A DNA stretch of 64,000 bases, taken from positions 193,206 to 257,205 of the IMG/VR virus record IMGVR_UViG_3300027754_000034. The stretch is one strand, 5' to 3'. Below, piece after piece: positions 19,842-30,737 of this stretch; the stretch's first letter is position 1; each line of letters begins with the position of its first letter. A model generated the notes under the pieces. The model worked only from the letters and a program-made list of their open reading frames with translations, ran no database searches and was not told the origin of the DNA. The position numbers and the translations under genes were made by a program.

Positions 19842-20825
19842 ATGCCTTCTACATTGCCTTCTGAGTCCTGCTTGGATAAGACTGTAGATACTTTCGGTCT
19901 TGGTACTTATGATTACTCTCAATGGGGGTTTGATCATGGCGAGGATAGTAACAAGAAAAAATCAGAAAGAACTCTGCCTGATGATGGGGGACCTTTGGAC
20001 CCTTTTGGACCTGATAGACTATTAAGTTATCCTACTATGATTTCCACTTCCCTCGTGCCTGGGGATTCTAGTAGACCGCCTTCCCAAAAAACTCCCCCTC
20101 CTTCATATTTAGACTCGGTAGTCCATTCAGTTTCTCAATCGAAACTTCCTCCGGAAGATCCTACTGTCGCTAGGTCAGATTATTATGATTATATGACAAC
20201 TAGCACCAAAGTAAATTCTTTTGATGACATGTTTTCTAATAGCGGCGATGATACATATACTAGTTCGGATGAAGATTCATTGCCTTCATTGCCTAAAAAT
20301 GAGCAGGAATTCGATAACAACTTGCAGTCATTGGGTAACTACTGGTCGGGAATGGTGATTCAAGATCAATCTGGACCAGCAGGTTTTCCATCCACTGAAT
20401 TTGAGGATCCTCAAAGATACCAAAAAACTAATGCCTCGGAGAAAAATATGAAAAGAATGGCTACCGATATAGAATTGGTTAGGGGTTTGACAAAGTCCTT
20501 TCTTAAGGACTTTGGGAAATCAGAGTTAACTAGACGTCACGTAATGGCATTCCTACAGAAGAATAACCGTAATATGTATTTTGCGTCTGATGTAATCAGA
20601 TGCTTAAAATTAGACCATGATATTATAGTAAAGGATGTTTTGGACGAATTTCCAGTAAAGAAAGAAGCATCTACAAGCCGATTATCTTCAATACGAGACA
20701 TATTGATTAGTTACGAAGTACCTAATGGGAAAAATCCTGAGGTTGCTTCCGAATGTCGACTAGCTGCTGCTAACATAAGCCATGTGTTGGCTTTATTAGA
20801 AAGATATGGAGTTAAAAATGTCTGA
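19842..20825 (+). CDS. Hypothetical protein, acidic/Pro-rich N-half
   Basis: 327-aa ORF in operon. Confidence 0.7.
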   Translation: MPSTLPSESCLDKTVDTFGLGTYDYSQWGFDHGEDSNKKKSERTLPDDGGPLDPFGPDRLLSYPTMISTSLVPGDSSRPPSQKTPPPSYLDSVVHSVSQSKLPPEDPTVARSDYYDYMTTSTKVNSFDDMFSNSGDDTYTSSDEDSLPSLPKNEQEFDNNLQSLGNYWSGMVIQDQSGPAGFPSTEFEDPQRYQKTNASEKNMKRMATDIELVRGLTKSFLKDFGKSELTRRHVMAFLQKNNRNMYFASDVIRCLKLDHDIIVKDVLDEFPVKKEASTSRLSSIRDILISYEVPNGKNPEVASECRLAAANISHVLALLERYGVKNV

Positions 20826-22728
20826 AAAGAAATTGGATTTTGAAGACGGACTGGGCGACATCGACTCCATACTCCATAATCAAAGTATTTCAGATTTATC
20901 CTGGTTAGCTGTGGATGAAGAGGTATATAGAGCTTCGGAAGCGTTACCTAAGCAAAATCTGGATATGATCCCAGAATTGACTCAAGCATTGACATATTCT
21001 TCTGAAGAAGATATCCCTCACGCGATACCCCTTAAACCCCATGTAATGGTAAATCGGAACCCTTTAGATGCTCACGAAGCTTCTAAACGGGACTTATCTA
21101 CCCCTATTAGAAATAGAGTGGCCAAATATGTGATGGAGGGGATAAATAACTCCGAAATACATAAAAAATTATTATTAGAATATTCTCCTGTAGATATACG
21201 GAATGCTAGTGCATTAATATCAGAGGTATTAAGTGAGTCTGGGTTATTGGGGAATGTTTACATAAATGCAAGCCATTTTCCGAGATGTGCTCAAGAGGAT
21301 GTTAAGGATAGAAAGTTTCTAACAGCTTGCGCTAAAGCGTCTTCATATATCCTTAAGAAGGGTGAATGTAATGGATGCGTAAAGAATATTAATGGTCGAT
21401 GTGCATCTTTAAAAAGAGATCTGGTAGATGAAGTTCCATATGGGTCTAAATTAGCGGCTCATTATGCGCCTCAGCTTGCGGCTGAGAAAAGAGTAGCCAG
21501 TTTCAACGATGATACAAAATCGTGGAAAGAAAAAATGAGGATAGCATTCCTATCTTCGCCTACTACTTCTAATCCTGATGGGGTGAAGCATGTAGCGTAT
21601 CAAGCAAAGTTATCACTTACTCCTGTAAGTGATTCTGAGATCAGTGATTATGTAGATCGGCAAGCGTCATCAAAGCGTAATTTCATACTATCTTCAGATT
21701 ATAGAAAATTCGCCACTAGGATGATGGAAGGATATAACGATATCTCTACCATGCGAAGTGCTAGTAGCTCTGAACTGGATAGTTTATCTAAGGAGTATGG
21801 GCTATTGGGCCATACCTACTTAGATATGGACGTTTTAGGGGGATGTAAAAAAACTCTATTTTTTATAAAAGCCAATAAGCTTTCACCTAAATATATTATA
21901 AGAAGAAATGCATCTTGCGGATTATGTAAGAATCTTCCTGATGGAGGTTGCGCAGAACTGTGTGGGTCTCACAATATTTTGGGTTCAATACCAGAATTTT
22001 CTAGGAATGATCTTATTCATGCCTTAGAATCCGCTCTAAAAACTAATCGCATATCATCTAAGGATATGCAGAATGCGATTTCTAGAGTATCAGCAAATGC
22101 TGATTTCAAGTTCTTGATATCAGCCATTAACCTTCATACGCCAAAGATCCAATCTAACTCCTACTCTAGCACAAAGTATAAGGGATTTTATGGTGGAGAC
22201 TCTGGAAAAATTCAAATAGAGGAAGATGAGGTAAGAAGATTCATATCACACTTGATGAACACTGGATTGAAGGGTACTGATCTAAATAATGCTGTATTGA
22301 GTAGATATGCGAAATCAGATATTTCACACTTAAAATCTTTGGGATCAAGATTAGCTGCTGAAGAAAGTGTTCAGGGCACACATTATATCGACCCTACTGC
22401 ATATTTAGACTATGGTCATGGATGTTCTGAGGGTTCCTCTATTTTTAAAAATAGGAGTCCCAAAAATATAATGGCTAGCGCAAAATGCACCGGATGCACT
22501 TTGCAGCTTTCTTCTGGGTGGTGTTCTAGATATGCCAAGAATCTTATAAGGTCGGTACCGGAGGACGTCCGAGAGGCAGCGAAGAGGGTTTCTTTGCCTA
22601 TCTACAGGGAAGCGGCAGAAAATCCTGTAGAAAAATACGAACTCGCTACAGAGGTTATGGTGGATTTAAATGGATCAAAGGCGAGTCGTCTTCCAATATC
22701 ATTTGATGATTTTGGATTTGATGAGTAG
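20806..22728 (+). CDS. Hypothetical protein with triplicated Cys-rich module
   Basis: Three GxxYxxxxx...C ...CxxC...GxC segments. Confidence 0.72.
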   Translation: MELKMSEKKLDFEDGLGDIDSILHNQSISDLSWLAVDEEVYRASEALPKQNLDMIPELTQALTYSSEEDIPHAIPLKPHVMVNRNPLDAHEASKRDLSTPIRNRVAKYVMEGINNSEIHKKLLLEYSPVDIRNASALISEVLSESGLLGNVYINASHFPRCAQEDVKDRKFLTACAKASSYILKKGECNGCVKNINGRCASLKRDLVDEVPYGSKLAAHYAPQLAAEKRVASFNDDTKSWKEKMRIAFLSSPTTSNPDGVKHVAYQAKLSLTPVSDSEISDYVDRQASSKRNFILSSDYRKFATRMMEGYNDISTMRSASSSELDSLSKEYGLLGHTYLDMDVLGGCKKTLFFIKANKLSPKYIIRRNASCGLCKNLPDGGCAELCGSHNILGSIPEFSRNDLIHALESALKTNRISSKDMQNAISRVSANADFKFLISAINLHTPKIQSNSYSSTKYKGFYGGDSGKIQIEEDEVRRFISHLMNTGLKGTDLNNAVLSRYAKSDISHLKSLGSRLAAEESVQGTHYIDPTAYLDYGHGCSEGSSIFKNRSPKNIMASAKCTGCTLQLSSGWCSRYAKNLIRSVPEDVREAAKRVSLPIYREAAENPVEKYELATEVMVDLNGSKASRLPISFDDFGFDE

Positions 22729-22737
22729 TATAGTTGA

Positions 22738-23316
22738 TTGATGGATAAAGATGACTCTGGTCCCCATAAGGGGAAAATACTAACGTTCCCCTCTGGGGAG
22801 TCCATAAACCCAGATGATTTAGGAGCAGATTACGTTCTGGCTCAAGGAACGCATATAACTACTGCTGAATTAGTAAATCCTCAAGATATTTCTAAAGATT
22901 TTAGAGAAAGAGAAGAATATGTCGCAAAGTCAGAATTATTAGTAAAAGTAAATGAAAAATATTCTGCTGTAGATCTTGTTGAACAAGTAATTAAAGAAAT
23001 TACTGAAGAATTAGCGCATTTAAAATATGAAAGAAGGAAAGCGGCAAAGGAAGGAAAGAACACTGTAAACTACACTATTTCCAGGATATCTTCATTAAGA
23101 CAATTGGCAGATGTCTTAATGAAGAGAATAGAAAATGCAAGAGCAGAGCAGTTAGATCTAAAAAGTCCACGGTTTAGAGAAGTCTTAAAATTATGGATGG
23201 AATTCATCTATGATTCTATGGTAAAGGTCGAGGTCTCTGAACAAGTAATAGACTTGGTATTTAGACAAATAGAAGCAGATATTAAAGACTGGGAACAAAA
23301 AGTCATAAATATATAG
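22738..23316 (+). CDS. Helical protein, possible terminase small subunit
   Basis: Size and position directly upstream of the large terminase; no diagnostic motif. Confidence 0.4.
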   Translation: MMDKDDSGPHKGKILTFPSGESINPDDLGADYVLAQGTHITTAELVNPQDISKDFREREEYVAKSELLVKVNEKYSAVDLVEQVIKEITEELAHLKYERRKAAKEGKNTVNYTISRISSLRQLADVLMKRIENARAEQLDLKSPRFREVLKLWMEFIYDSMVKVEVSEQVIDLVFRQIEADIKDWEQKVINI

Positions 23317-23318
23317 TC

Positions 23319-25256
23319 ATGCCTATCAAAGAAGTTACTTATAAAAGTGCCCTGGTGGGTGAGGTCTCAAGTTTCATAGAGAAAAAGCGTAAGTCCAAAT
23401 CTGGGGGTGAGGATGGTGATGTAGAATTTCTTCCGGTGATAGATTTTATAGAAAAATTTAAACTGTTACCTTATGGTCTTTACCCTGTACAAAAATTGAT
23501 TGTTAAAGCTTATTATAACGTTCCGTTAGATGATAAAAATAAATTAATAAAAATATCGGATAAGTTTAATGAAAGAATAATATATAATTTCACAGAAACT
23601 GAATATCTAAAATATCTTTATGATCAGGGTAGATGCAACATTCAAACACAAGATGGTATAGAAAGAAGAGAACTTTTGTTAGTGGTAGGCCGACGAAGTG
23701 GTAAAAGCGCTTTAAGTGCCATATTTGCGGCGTATGAAATATATAAACTATTAAAGAGAGGTAACCCTCAAGCATACTACGGTATGCCCGGAGGTTCAGA
23801 GATCAGAGTTCTTTGCGTAGCTAATGATAAAGATCAGGCATCTATCGTATATGGGGATGTTCAATCTCACGTAGAATCGGTAGATTACTTTAAAAGTTCC
23901 GTAGCTAATGCTACCCAGACATTCATGAAGTTTAGAACTCAGAATGATAGAGAACGATTTGCAGATTCCAATAAAGCCAGTATAGCGGCGTCCTTTAAAA
24001 GTTCAATAGCAAAAGGTCTTCGTGGTCGCGGTGTCATTTGTGCTATATTGGATGAGATAGCATTCTTTCAAGATACCGGATTTAGTAGTGGAGAACAAAT
24101 TTATAGGGCTTTAACTCCTGCATTAGCTCAATTCTCACCAAGAGACTCGCAGGACAAATTAAAACCTATCGGTCCTTCTGAAGGACGCATGATACTAATA
24201 TCATCGCCTGATGCAAAAGAGGGATTTTTCTATAGATTATATCAGACAGCCATGTCTAACAGCAAAGGCTCGTCTGATATGTTGCTCATTCAAGCTCCGA
24301 CTTGGGAAGTGAATCCCACTTTGGATAGAAGTTATTACGAAAAGGAATATTATAAGAATTCAAAAGCATTCATGACAGAGCACGGGGCTGAGTTTTCAGA
24401 CCGTGTTAGGGGGTGGATTGAAGATTCCAGAGATCTTTTGGAATGCGTGGATCCAAAGTTAAAACCTGTTGCTAAGGGTGTCGCAAGAGAAGTACATTTT
24501 GCTGGAATAGATGTTGGTCTGGTGAACGATGGTACAAGTATTGCCATTACAAAAATAAATAATGGTAAAATAGAGTTAGTTTACCATGAAACATGGTATG
24601 CCAAGAGGAAATGGAGTGATATAAATCCGCATTTAAAGGATCCTCTTACGTCTTATGCTCGCACACTTCAGGATCAAGAGAGAATAAGTATGTCTGAAAT
24701 AGCCTCATGGTTTAAAGCTCTTTCAAACAGATTTTATATTCATAAAGCAATATTCGATCAGTGGAGCGGAATCGTATTTGAACAAGAATTACATAAAAAC
24801 GGATTACGTCAATTTGAAATGAGAAATTTCTTTACTTCTGATTCCTCACAAATGTATCAATCTCTAAAAATGTTCATGTATAATAGGCAGCTTAGTATTT
24901 ATGATTATCCATTACCAGAGTTGGAACCCGGGATGACGACGGGAAGACACTCACCTTTAATTTCTGAATTATTAGAATTACAAGCTACATCAGCAGGTAA
25001 AAATCTTATTTCTGTAGAGGCCCCAAAAGCCCCTGGAAAACACGATGATATGTCCGATGCTTTGGCACGTTCGGTATTATTAGCTTCGGAATATATTAAA
25101 GAAAACCCAGGAATTCTAGATAAGAAGATAATCGGAACCGGTGTAGATCATTTATTGCCGGGTAGAATCCCTACGTATTCATCATTCCACAAATCAAGAA
25201 TGAAATTACATGGTGCAAACACACAAAGAATAGTGCCGAAAAATAGATTGCGTTGA
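23319..25256 (+). CDS. terL: Terminase large subunit
   Basis: Walker A VGRRSGKS, Walker B ILDEIAF, LISSP coupling motif, nuclease AGIDVG and HDDMSDALA. Confidence 0.93.
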   Translation: MPIKEVTYKSALVGEVSSFIEKKRKSKSGGEDGDVEFLPVIDFIEKFKLLPYGLYPVQKLIVKAYYNVPLDDKNKLIKISDKFNERIIYNFTETEYLKYLYDQGRCNIQTQDGIERRELLLVVGRRSGKSALSAIFAAYEIYKLLKRGNPQAYYGMPGGSEIRVLCVANDKDQASIVYGDVQSHVESVDYFKSSVANATQTFMKFRTQNDRERFADSNKASIAASFKSSIAKGLRGRGVICAILDEIAFFQDTGFSSGEQIYRALTPALAQFSPRDSQDKLKPIGPSEGRMILISSPDAKEGFFYRLYQTAMSNSKGSSDMLLIQAPTWEVNPTLDRSYYEKEYYKNSKAFMTEHGAEFSDRVRGWIEDSRDLLECVDPKLKPVAKGVAREVHFAGIDVGLVNDGTSIAITKINNGKIELVYHETWYAKRKWSDINPHLKDPLTSYARTLQDQERISMSEIASWFKALSNRFYIHKAIFDQWSGIVFEQELHKNGLRQFEMRNFFTSDSSQMYQSLKMFMYNRQLSIYDYPLPELEPGMTTGRHSPLISELLELQATSAGKNLISVEAPKAPGKHDDMSDALARSVLLASEYIKENPGILDKKIIGTGVDHLLPGRIPTYSSFHKSRMKLHGANTQRIVPKNRLR

Positions 25257-25279
25257 CCTATTTTTAAAATATAAAAATT

Positions 25280-25525
25280 ATGGATGAGATAGGTGTAAAA
25301 GATACGATAGCATTTAGAATATCAGACCAGATCATGAGTCATATTTATCCTGATCAAAAATTTTCAGAATATGATTTTCTCAATGTATTCCATGTGTTTT
25401 TAAAAAGAGATGGTAACTGGGAGGATTTAATAAATGGTGACCCAAAGCAAATAGAGTTACTCATGGACTCGCTTAAAAGCATGATGAAGATAAAGAATAA
25501 TCCTGAGAAGTATGGTATTGGGTGA
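25280..25525 (+). CDS. Hypothetical protein
   Basis: 81 aa; contains TIAFRIS. Confidence 0.65.
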   Translation: MDEIGVKDTIAFRISDQIMSHIYPDQKFSEYDFLNVFHVFLKRDGNWEDLINGDPKQIELLMDSLKSMMKIKNNPEKYGIG

Positions 25526-25842
25526 ATAACAAGATTAGTCACGATTCACATGTAAATACCATCAATGCCCGCTTTAATGAATTCATATCCAAAAGCGAAA
25601 AAATATCGAGAGAGTTAGAAATGTTATTAAAGGATTTGGAATCGTTTGATCATACCTTCTGTAGGACTTCTTTAGGTAAAGAGCTGAATGTAAAGGGTAA
25701 TCTAAAACTTGATAATTTTAAGAACATTTTAGGGTCTTCTTGCGCTAATATTAAGAAGTTCGCTTTAGGTAAGCGAAAGATTTCGTTGGCTTTTGATAAT
25801 AGGGATGATTTATCCGATTCACGCAAGACAGGGCATTCATGA
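25522..25842 (+). CDS. Hypothetical protein
   Basis: 106 aa, overlapping start and stop with neighbours. Confidence 0.6.
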   Translation: MNNKISHDSHVNTINARFNEFISKSEKISRELEMLLKDLESFDHTFCRTSLGKELNVKGNLKLDNFKNILGSSCANIKKFALGKRKISLAFDNRDDLSDSRKTGHS

Positions 25843-27635
25843 CTAAGCGCAAGAGTAACTCCTCAAATATTAACAAAAATGGTATGCCTGTAGTGAAAGT
25901 GGAAGATCAGATATCTTCTAAGCAGAAATTAACTAAACTGGAACGCATAGCTCGTCGCGAAATGCGTCAATCCATAAGAGTAGCTGCTTATAGTGGTGAC
26001 TATGGAAATATGAACGGTGGTAATATCAAGTCCGGAGATTCTTCTTTTTATTCACCTCAGTTATCCACAGACTTTTTAGAGCTTCCGCAGTCTGAGAGAG
26101 AAAAGCGGGAGTTATTTAGATTTTGGTACAATACCCACCCTATTGTTGGTGCGGCCATAGATTTCCATACCGATGTCCCTATGAGCAAACTTCGTTTAAG
26201 TTTGCCGAAGGGTAAGGATCTAAAAAGAAATAAACAGATTCTTCATTTTTATCAGGAGATGTGTAGCAGAATACAGTTGTTCCAAACTTTATATGACACG
26301 ACACATGAATATTGGTTAAATGGAAATGTTTATTTGTTTTGCGAAGACCACGATCTTACAAATGAAATACCCGATGATCTGTTGTCCGAGGAAGAACATG
26401 AAGAAGTCGGAGAAATAGATTATGCAGGCAGGACCACCACTAAGGAAACTACTAAGCGGGTTTTAAAACCCGAGGCAGTAAGATCCGATAATATTAGAGA
26501 ATTCATCAAAGAGCACTATATGGGATGGCAAAGGATACAGATCCTCCCTCCTGAACAAATAAAATTAGAGGTGTTCCAATATACGAATAAAGCTCGTATG
26601 GAGCTAATCCCTTCTGAAAAGGATCGTTTATTAGTGTTAAGGGCTTCAGAAGGCAGTGACCCTGAATCCAATAAAATAGCTGATGATATTCCAGAACAGA
26701 TTCGAGAAAATCTGTTAAGTGGACAGCCTATTCCTCTAAATACTTCTCCATATGATGACTTCTTATGTTCATCATTTTGTTATCATTTGTCTCACAAGAA
26801 GGCGGCTTATGATACCAGAGGAATCTCGTTATTGGAACGATGCTTACGTACTCTCATTTATCAGGATAAACTACGCCAGGCCCAGACTAGCATTGCTTCT
26901 AGAGCGATGACGCCTAAACGCATTGTTTGGGCAGATAAAATGTCGGAGCCCGATACTGACTCTTTAAGGGATCAAATAGACCAAGCCATAGTTGACCCTG
27001 ACTTCACCATAGTGACTAACTTTGAAGTACACTGGGATGAAATAGGATCTCGTGATAGATTATTAGACTTAAGCACAGAGTATGAAATCACGAATAAAAT
27101 GCTTTATATAGGTTTGCGTGTAACTGAAAGTATGTTAACTGGAGAGTCCTCCTACTCGGGTGAGAAAATTCATTTAGATGTAATGAATACTATGTACTTG
27201 TTATACCGGGAAAGAATGTCGGAATTCGTTGAACAATGGTTATTTAAACCGGTAGCCGAGAAAAAAGGATTTTTTGAAGAAGATGAATATGGAAACAAAA
27301 AGTTACTCTACCCTCAATTACAATTTACACGATTAGCATTGCGGGATAATTCTGAGTTGCAGGATTTCATGTTTAATTTATATCAAAAGGGTTCTCTCCC
27401 CGTATCATTCATATTGGAGCTACTTAATATAGATTCTGATGATGCTTTAGAGCAGTTAAAGAAGGATATGTTTACTCCAAATGATTCTACTTTTAACGAA
27501 TTCTTAAAGGGAGTTTTAACCAGGGCTGGTGAAGAAGCAATAGAAAAGACTGACGCCCTGGATAGGATCATCAAAAATGCTGGATTAAATCGAGTGGATA
27601 AAAAATCAGATAGATTCGGAAAGGAAGAATCATAG
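25839..27635 (+). CDS. Portal protein
   Basis: Position after terL; YNTHPIVGAAIDFHTDVP, RGISLLERCLRTL, LLTGE-like MLTGESSYSG and late helical motifs typical of portals. Confidence 0.82.
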   Translation: MTKRKSNSSNINKNGMPVVKVEDQISSKQKLTKLERIARREMRQSIRVAAYSGDYGNMNGGNIKSGDSSFYSPQLSTDFLELPQSEREKRELFRFWYNTHPIVGAAIDFHTDVPMSKLRLSLPKGKDLKRNKQILHFYQEMCSRIQLFQTLYDTTHEYWLNGNVYLFCEDHDLTNEIPDDLLSEEEHEEVGEIDYAGRTTTKETTKRVLKPEAVRSDNIREFIKEHYMGWQRIQILPPEQIKLEVFQYTNKARMELIPSEKDRLLVLRASEGSDPESNKIADDIPEQIRENLLSGQPIPLNTSPYDDFLCSSFCYHLSHKKAAYDTRGISLLERCLRTLIYQDKLRQAQTSIASRAMTPKRIVWADKMSEPDTDSLRDQIDQAIVDPDFTIVTNFEVHWDEIGSRDRLLDLSTEYEITNKMLYIGLRVTESMLTGESSYSGEKIHLDVMNTMYLLYRERMSEFVEQWLFKPVAEKKGFFEEDEYGNKKLLYPQLQFTRLALRDNSELQDFMFNLYQKGSLPVSFILELLNIDSDDALEQLKKDMFTPNDSTFNEFLKGVLTRAGEEAIEKTDALDRIIKNAGLNRVDKKSDRFGKEES

Positions 27636-27660
27636 AATTCTTCTGAATAGTATATATGGG

Positions 27661-29433
27661 ATGACCATATACAAAACATCGGATAGTTCCCTCTCAGGTT
27701 ATGAGAGGGAAGATAAAGAAGTACGCCGAAATAGTCCCACAGGTCGAAAACCACACAGGAAAAAGAAACATACTACGAGTCGCCGTTCACCACGACCTGA
27801 CCAACGTCGCACAAGGATTCAGGAAAAAGACCCCGATTTAAAGAAGGGTGTGGAGGCAGACCCTGATTTATCATTGAATTATAAGCACTCATCTTTACGA
27901 TCGTTTTCAAGAATAGCTTTCCGTATTTCTATAGGGGCTGTCCCCCCAGAAGTGATGTCTCAGTACTTTTCCTCTATTCCCGTTTTAAAAGATTTCTTAG
28001 TAATATTAAAAGGTATTAGTGAGAAGTTAAAAAATGAATACTTAATATTCCTAGAAAGTAAATATGGATTCTCGGGTTTTAAACAGGTTTATGATGATGT
28101 AAATGATGAACATGGGCCACCGTTAATGGAAATTGGTGATTACCCTGATTCTCAGCGCGAGGAGATTGAAACAATAAACACGGGTGTCTTGAATGAAGTA
28201 AAAAAAGGAAAGTTAGAACAAAAAAAGAAGTATAAGATAACGGATTTTAATAACATAAAAAAACTTTTGAACAAGATATCTAAAGATTATGAATCTTCTA
28301 CACCTATTTTTAAAGCAGGTATTAGAGAGACCATAAAAAGTGCCTTAGAGAAAGAGTATGATTATCCAAAGCCATTCATAGATTTTCATATAGCGAATCC
28401 TGACTCGCTGGAAGACCTATCTCAAAATTTGACCAATTTAGAAAACACCGGGCAGATTAGTATTCCTGATGTTTCGGATAAACAAAAGTTATTAGCATTT
28501 CTCGCTTTAGCTTCGCTTCATAAATCATTAGAAGAAAACCCAGTTAATCCGGATTGGACAAAAATGTCAGCTAAAATACAGGAATTAGTAAATAATGTAG
28601 TCAATGAGTTTGAGTACATGGAGTCTTTAAATATGTTAATGAAACAATATGATGCGAATTCTAAAAGATTAATGGCGGATATTGAAAAAGATATTGAAGA
28701 TGATTTAGATGATGATGATGTAGATGTACAGCTCCCCGAAAATTCAGGTTTATTTAGTTTCTTGCAGAACTGGGAAAAAGAGACAGATGACGTTTTAGAA
28801 GGGTTTGATGAATGGATAGGGGAAGTGAAAGATTTTGAATCTGAATTAAATGATATCTCAAAAGAGATCTCTAAAAATAGACCCCATTTTTGGACAGAGT
28901 TGTCAAAAGCATACTTAAAATACTTTGAGAAAAACCATCCGGAGAAGGTCCCTGCTATTTTAAGGCTGAGCACCGGCTCACAGTCTTCTAATGACAAGAG
29001 TATTTTGAAAATGCGTAAGACAGCTGAATATCATGGTACTAAAATACAGGGAAACCCAGATGGTGTTACCAACACTGGGTGGAAATCTATAGATAAAAGG
29101 TATATTGGTAGTATTCATCACAAGTCAATTCTTGATACTGCTCGTTCCATGCTTAAGGATGGTCCTTGGTTTGAATATTCTTGGCGTGGTGGTAGTGTAG
29201 ATGCTCCTGTGAGAGCTGCTTTAGATATCGCCATAGCTACTGCCGATGAAAGTATATATCAAAGTAAAATAGATGCTCCTACTTATGAGTATTTATTAAA
29301 CAAATTAGCCTCTTGGGAATACGACTTATTTTCTGATACATCATTGAATATGCCTAAATCTCCTAATAAGCGCAAGGCTTCTAACGTCAGTATTTACGAC
29401 GAAATGGTCGAATTCGCTTCATTTATAAAATGA
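27661..29433 (+). CDS. Hypothetical head-region protein
   Basis: Arg-rich N-terminus; segments bounded by KTS, KHS, KTA, RKAS. Confidence 0.7.
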   Translation: MTIYKTSDSSLSGYEREDKEVRRNSPTGRKPHRKKKHTTSRRSPRPDQRRTRIQEKDPDLKKGVEADPDLSLNYKHSSLRSFSRIAFRISIGAVPPEVMSQYFSSIPVLKDFLVILKGISEKLKNEYLIFLESKYGFSGFKQVYDDVNDEHGPPLMEIGDYPDSQREEIETINTGVLNEVKKGKLEQKKKYKITDFNNIKKLLNKISKDYESSTPIFKAGIRETIKSALEKEYDYPKPFIDFHIANPDSLEDLSQNLTNLENTGQISIPDVSDKQKLLAFLALASLHKSLEENPVNPDWTKMSAKIQELVNNVVNEFEYMESLNMLMKQYDANSKRLMADIEKDIEDDLDDDDVDVQLPENSGLFSFLQNWEKETDDVLEGFDEWIGEVKDFESELNDISKEISKNRPHFWTELSKAYLKYFEKNHPEKVPAILRLSTGSQSSNDKSILKMRKTAEYHGTKIQGNPDGVTNTGWKSIDKRYIGSIHHKSILDTARSMLKDGPWFEYSWRGGSVDAPVRAALDIAIATADESIYQSKIDAPTYEYLLNKLASWEYDLFSDTSLNMPKSPNKRKASNVSIYDEMVEFASFIK

Positions 29434-29720
29434 ATTATAAATATCATTATTCAACGGATTATCTACATAAATTAGTGGACCATGAGTACGTAGGACAAGT
29501 AGTAAATGATAAAGATAAGAAACCCCTTTCTATCCTAATAGGAGTATTAGGAGCCATAGAAAAGGGTGGAAAAACAGTTGACTCAGATGAGTCTTCAGTA
29601 GGTATTGCTCAACATTATAGCAGGATTCTTCTGTCACCTCGTAATGTGCTGTTGGAAAACAAAGACTTTAAAAAGATTAGTGAATTGATAAAAAAGTTTA
29701 ATAATAGTCATAAGAAATGA
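29430..29720 (+). CDS. Hypothetical protein
   Basis: 96 aa, ATGA overlap with the upstream gene. Confidence 0.55.
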   Translation: MNYKYHYSTDYLHKLVDHEYVGQVVNDKDKKPLSILIGVLGAIEKGGKTVDSDESSVGIAQHYSRILLSPRNVLLENKDFKKISELIKKFNNSHKK

Positions 29721-29871
29721 AATTCTTATGAATGATTTTGTTTGTGAGCATGCTGTCTTTTTATCAACCCCATCATTCGGGCATGCATTAATGGGAAATT
29801 TAGGTATGATTCTCGAATCAAACTATTCATCTCTCACTGAAACTAGTAAGAGATATAACTAGAGGACTAAG

Positions 29872-30174
29872 ATGTCAGTAGACCACAACCAAAGAATCGC
29901 TGCGGAAATTAAGGAATTAACTCACGTGGCTTATGAGAACCCCGAAGCTCGTGAAGTTCTCTTGCCAATAATTGCAGCTAAGATGAAGATGCTAAAGAAG
30001 CCTAAGGAAGCTCCTAAGAAAGCTCCTAAGAAAGCTTCACCTAAGGAAGCCCCTAAGAAAGTTTCACCCATGGAAGCTCCTAAGAAAGCTCCTAAGAAAG
30101 CTCCCAAGAAAGGTTCACCCAAGAAGAAGCGTAAGGCTTCTGTCGATATCACCCTTTCCGATTCTCGGTGGTGA
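29872..30174 (+). CDS. Basic PKKA-repeat (histone H1-like) protein
   Basis: RBS GAGGA; about 10 PK(K/E)A-type units encoded by 12-bp repeats at 30001-30127. Confidence 0.78.
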   Translation: MSVDHNQRIAAEIKELTHVAYENPEAREVLLPIIAAKMKMLKKPKEAPKKAPKKASPKEAPKKVSPMEAPKKAPKKAPKKGSPKKKRKASVDITLSDSRW

Positions 30175-30219
30175 TATTTACATTTTTCATGCTTTTTTTA
30201 AAGCAGTCTGGAGTAAAAA

Positions 30220-30711
30220 ATGATTCCGAAGAGCGTTGCGAACAAAGTATTGAGTAATTTAGATTCAGCGGCTTCTCGCATTGAGTCCCTAGTGAATGAG
30301 GGAAAAATCGGTGCAAGAGTGGCTTCGACATTAGTGCGTGATTTAGACTCCTTTGCAGACCGTTTCGAGGTGGCTGCATTTGGTAAGGAAAATCTTAGTC
30401 GTCGCATATCTACCCTTATGAAGGGAGATAAGGATGAGGAGCATTACATGAAGTCTTTCGATAATGTGAACGCTCCTTTGAAGGTTCAGGCGGATGAGTC
30501 TTACATGCATGAGTCTGGTGACTCTGCTCGTTGGGATAGTATTCCAACATTTGATCAAGATAACTCTTCAGCGGTCATGAATCGCCCTGAATATGCAGTT
30601 GTAGACCAGAGTAAATGGTCAAACGACGGAAAAAGCGTCGCCCAACCGTCATTAATATCAGGGCCTCTTAAGAAGCATAAAGCTTCAGGTCCTAAGACCT
30701 GGGCTGACTGA
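30220..30711 (+). CDS. Hypothetical head-region protein
   Basis: RBS GGAG; 163 aa. Confidence 0.72.
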   Translation: MIPKSVANKVLSNLDSAASRIESLVNEGKIGARVASTLVRDLDSFADRFEVAAFGKENLSRRISTLMKGDKDEEHYMKSFDNVNAPLKVQADESYMHESGDSARWDSIPTFDQDNSSAVMNRPEYAVVDQSKWSNDGKSVAQPSLISGPLKKHKASGPKTWAD

Positions 30712-30737
30712 TCTTTCGTCATGCTTACAGGTATAAG

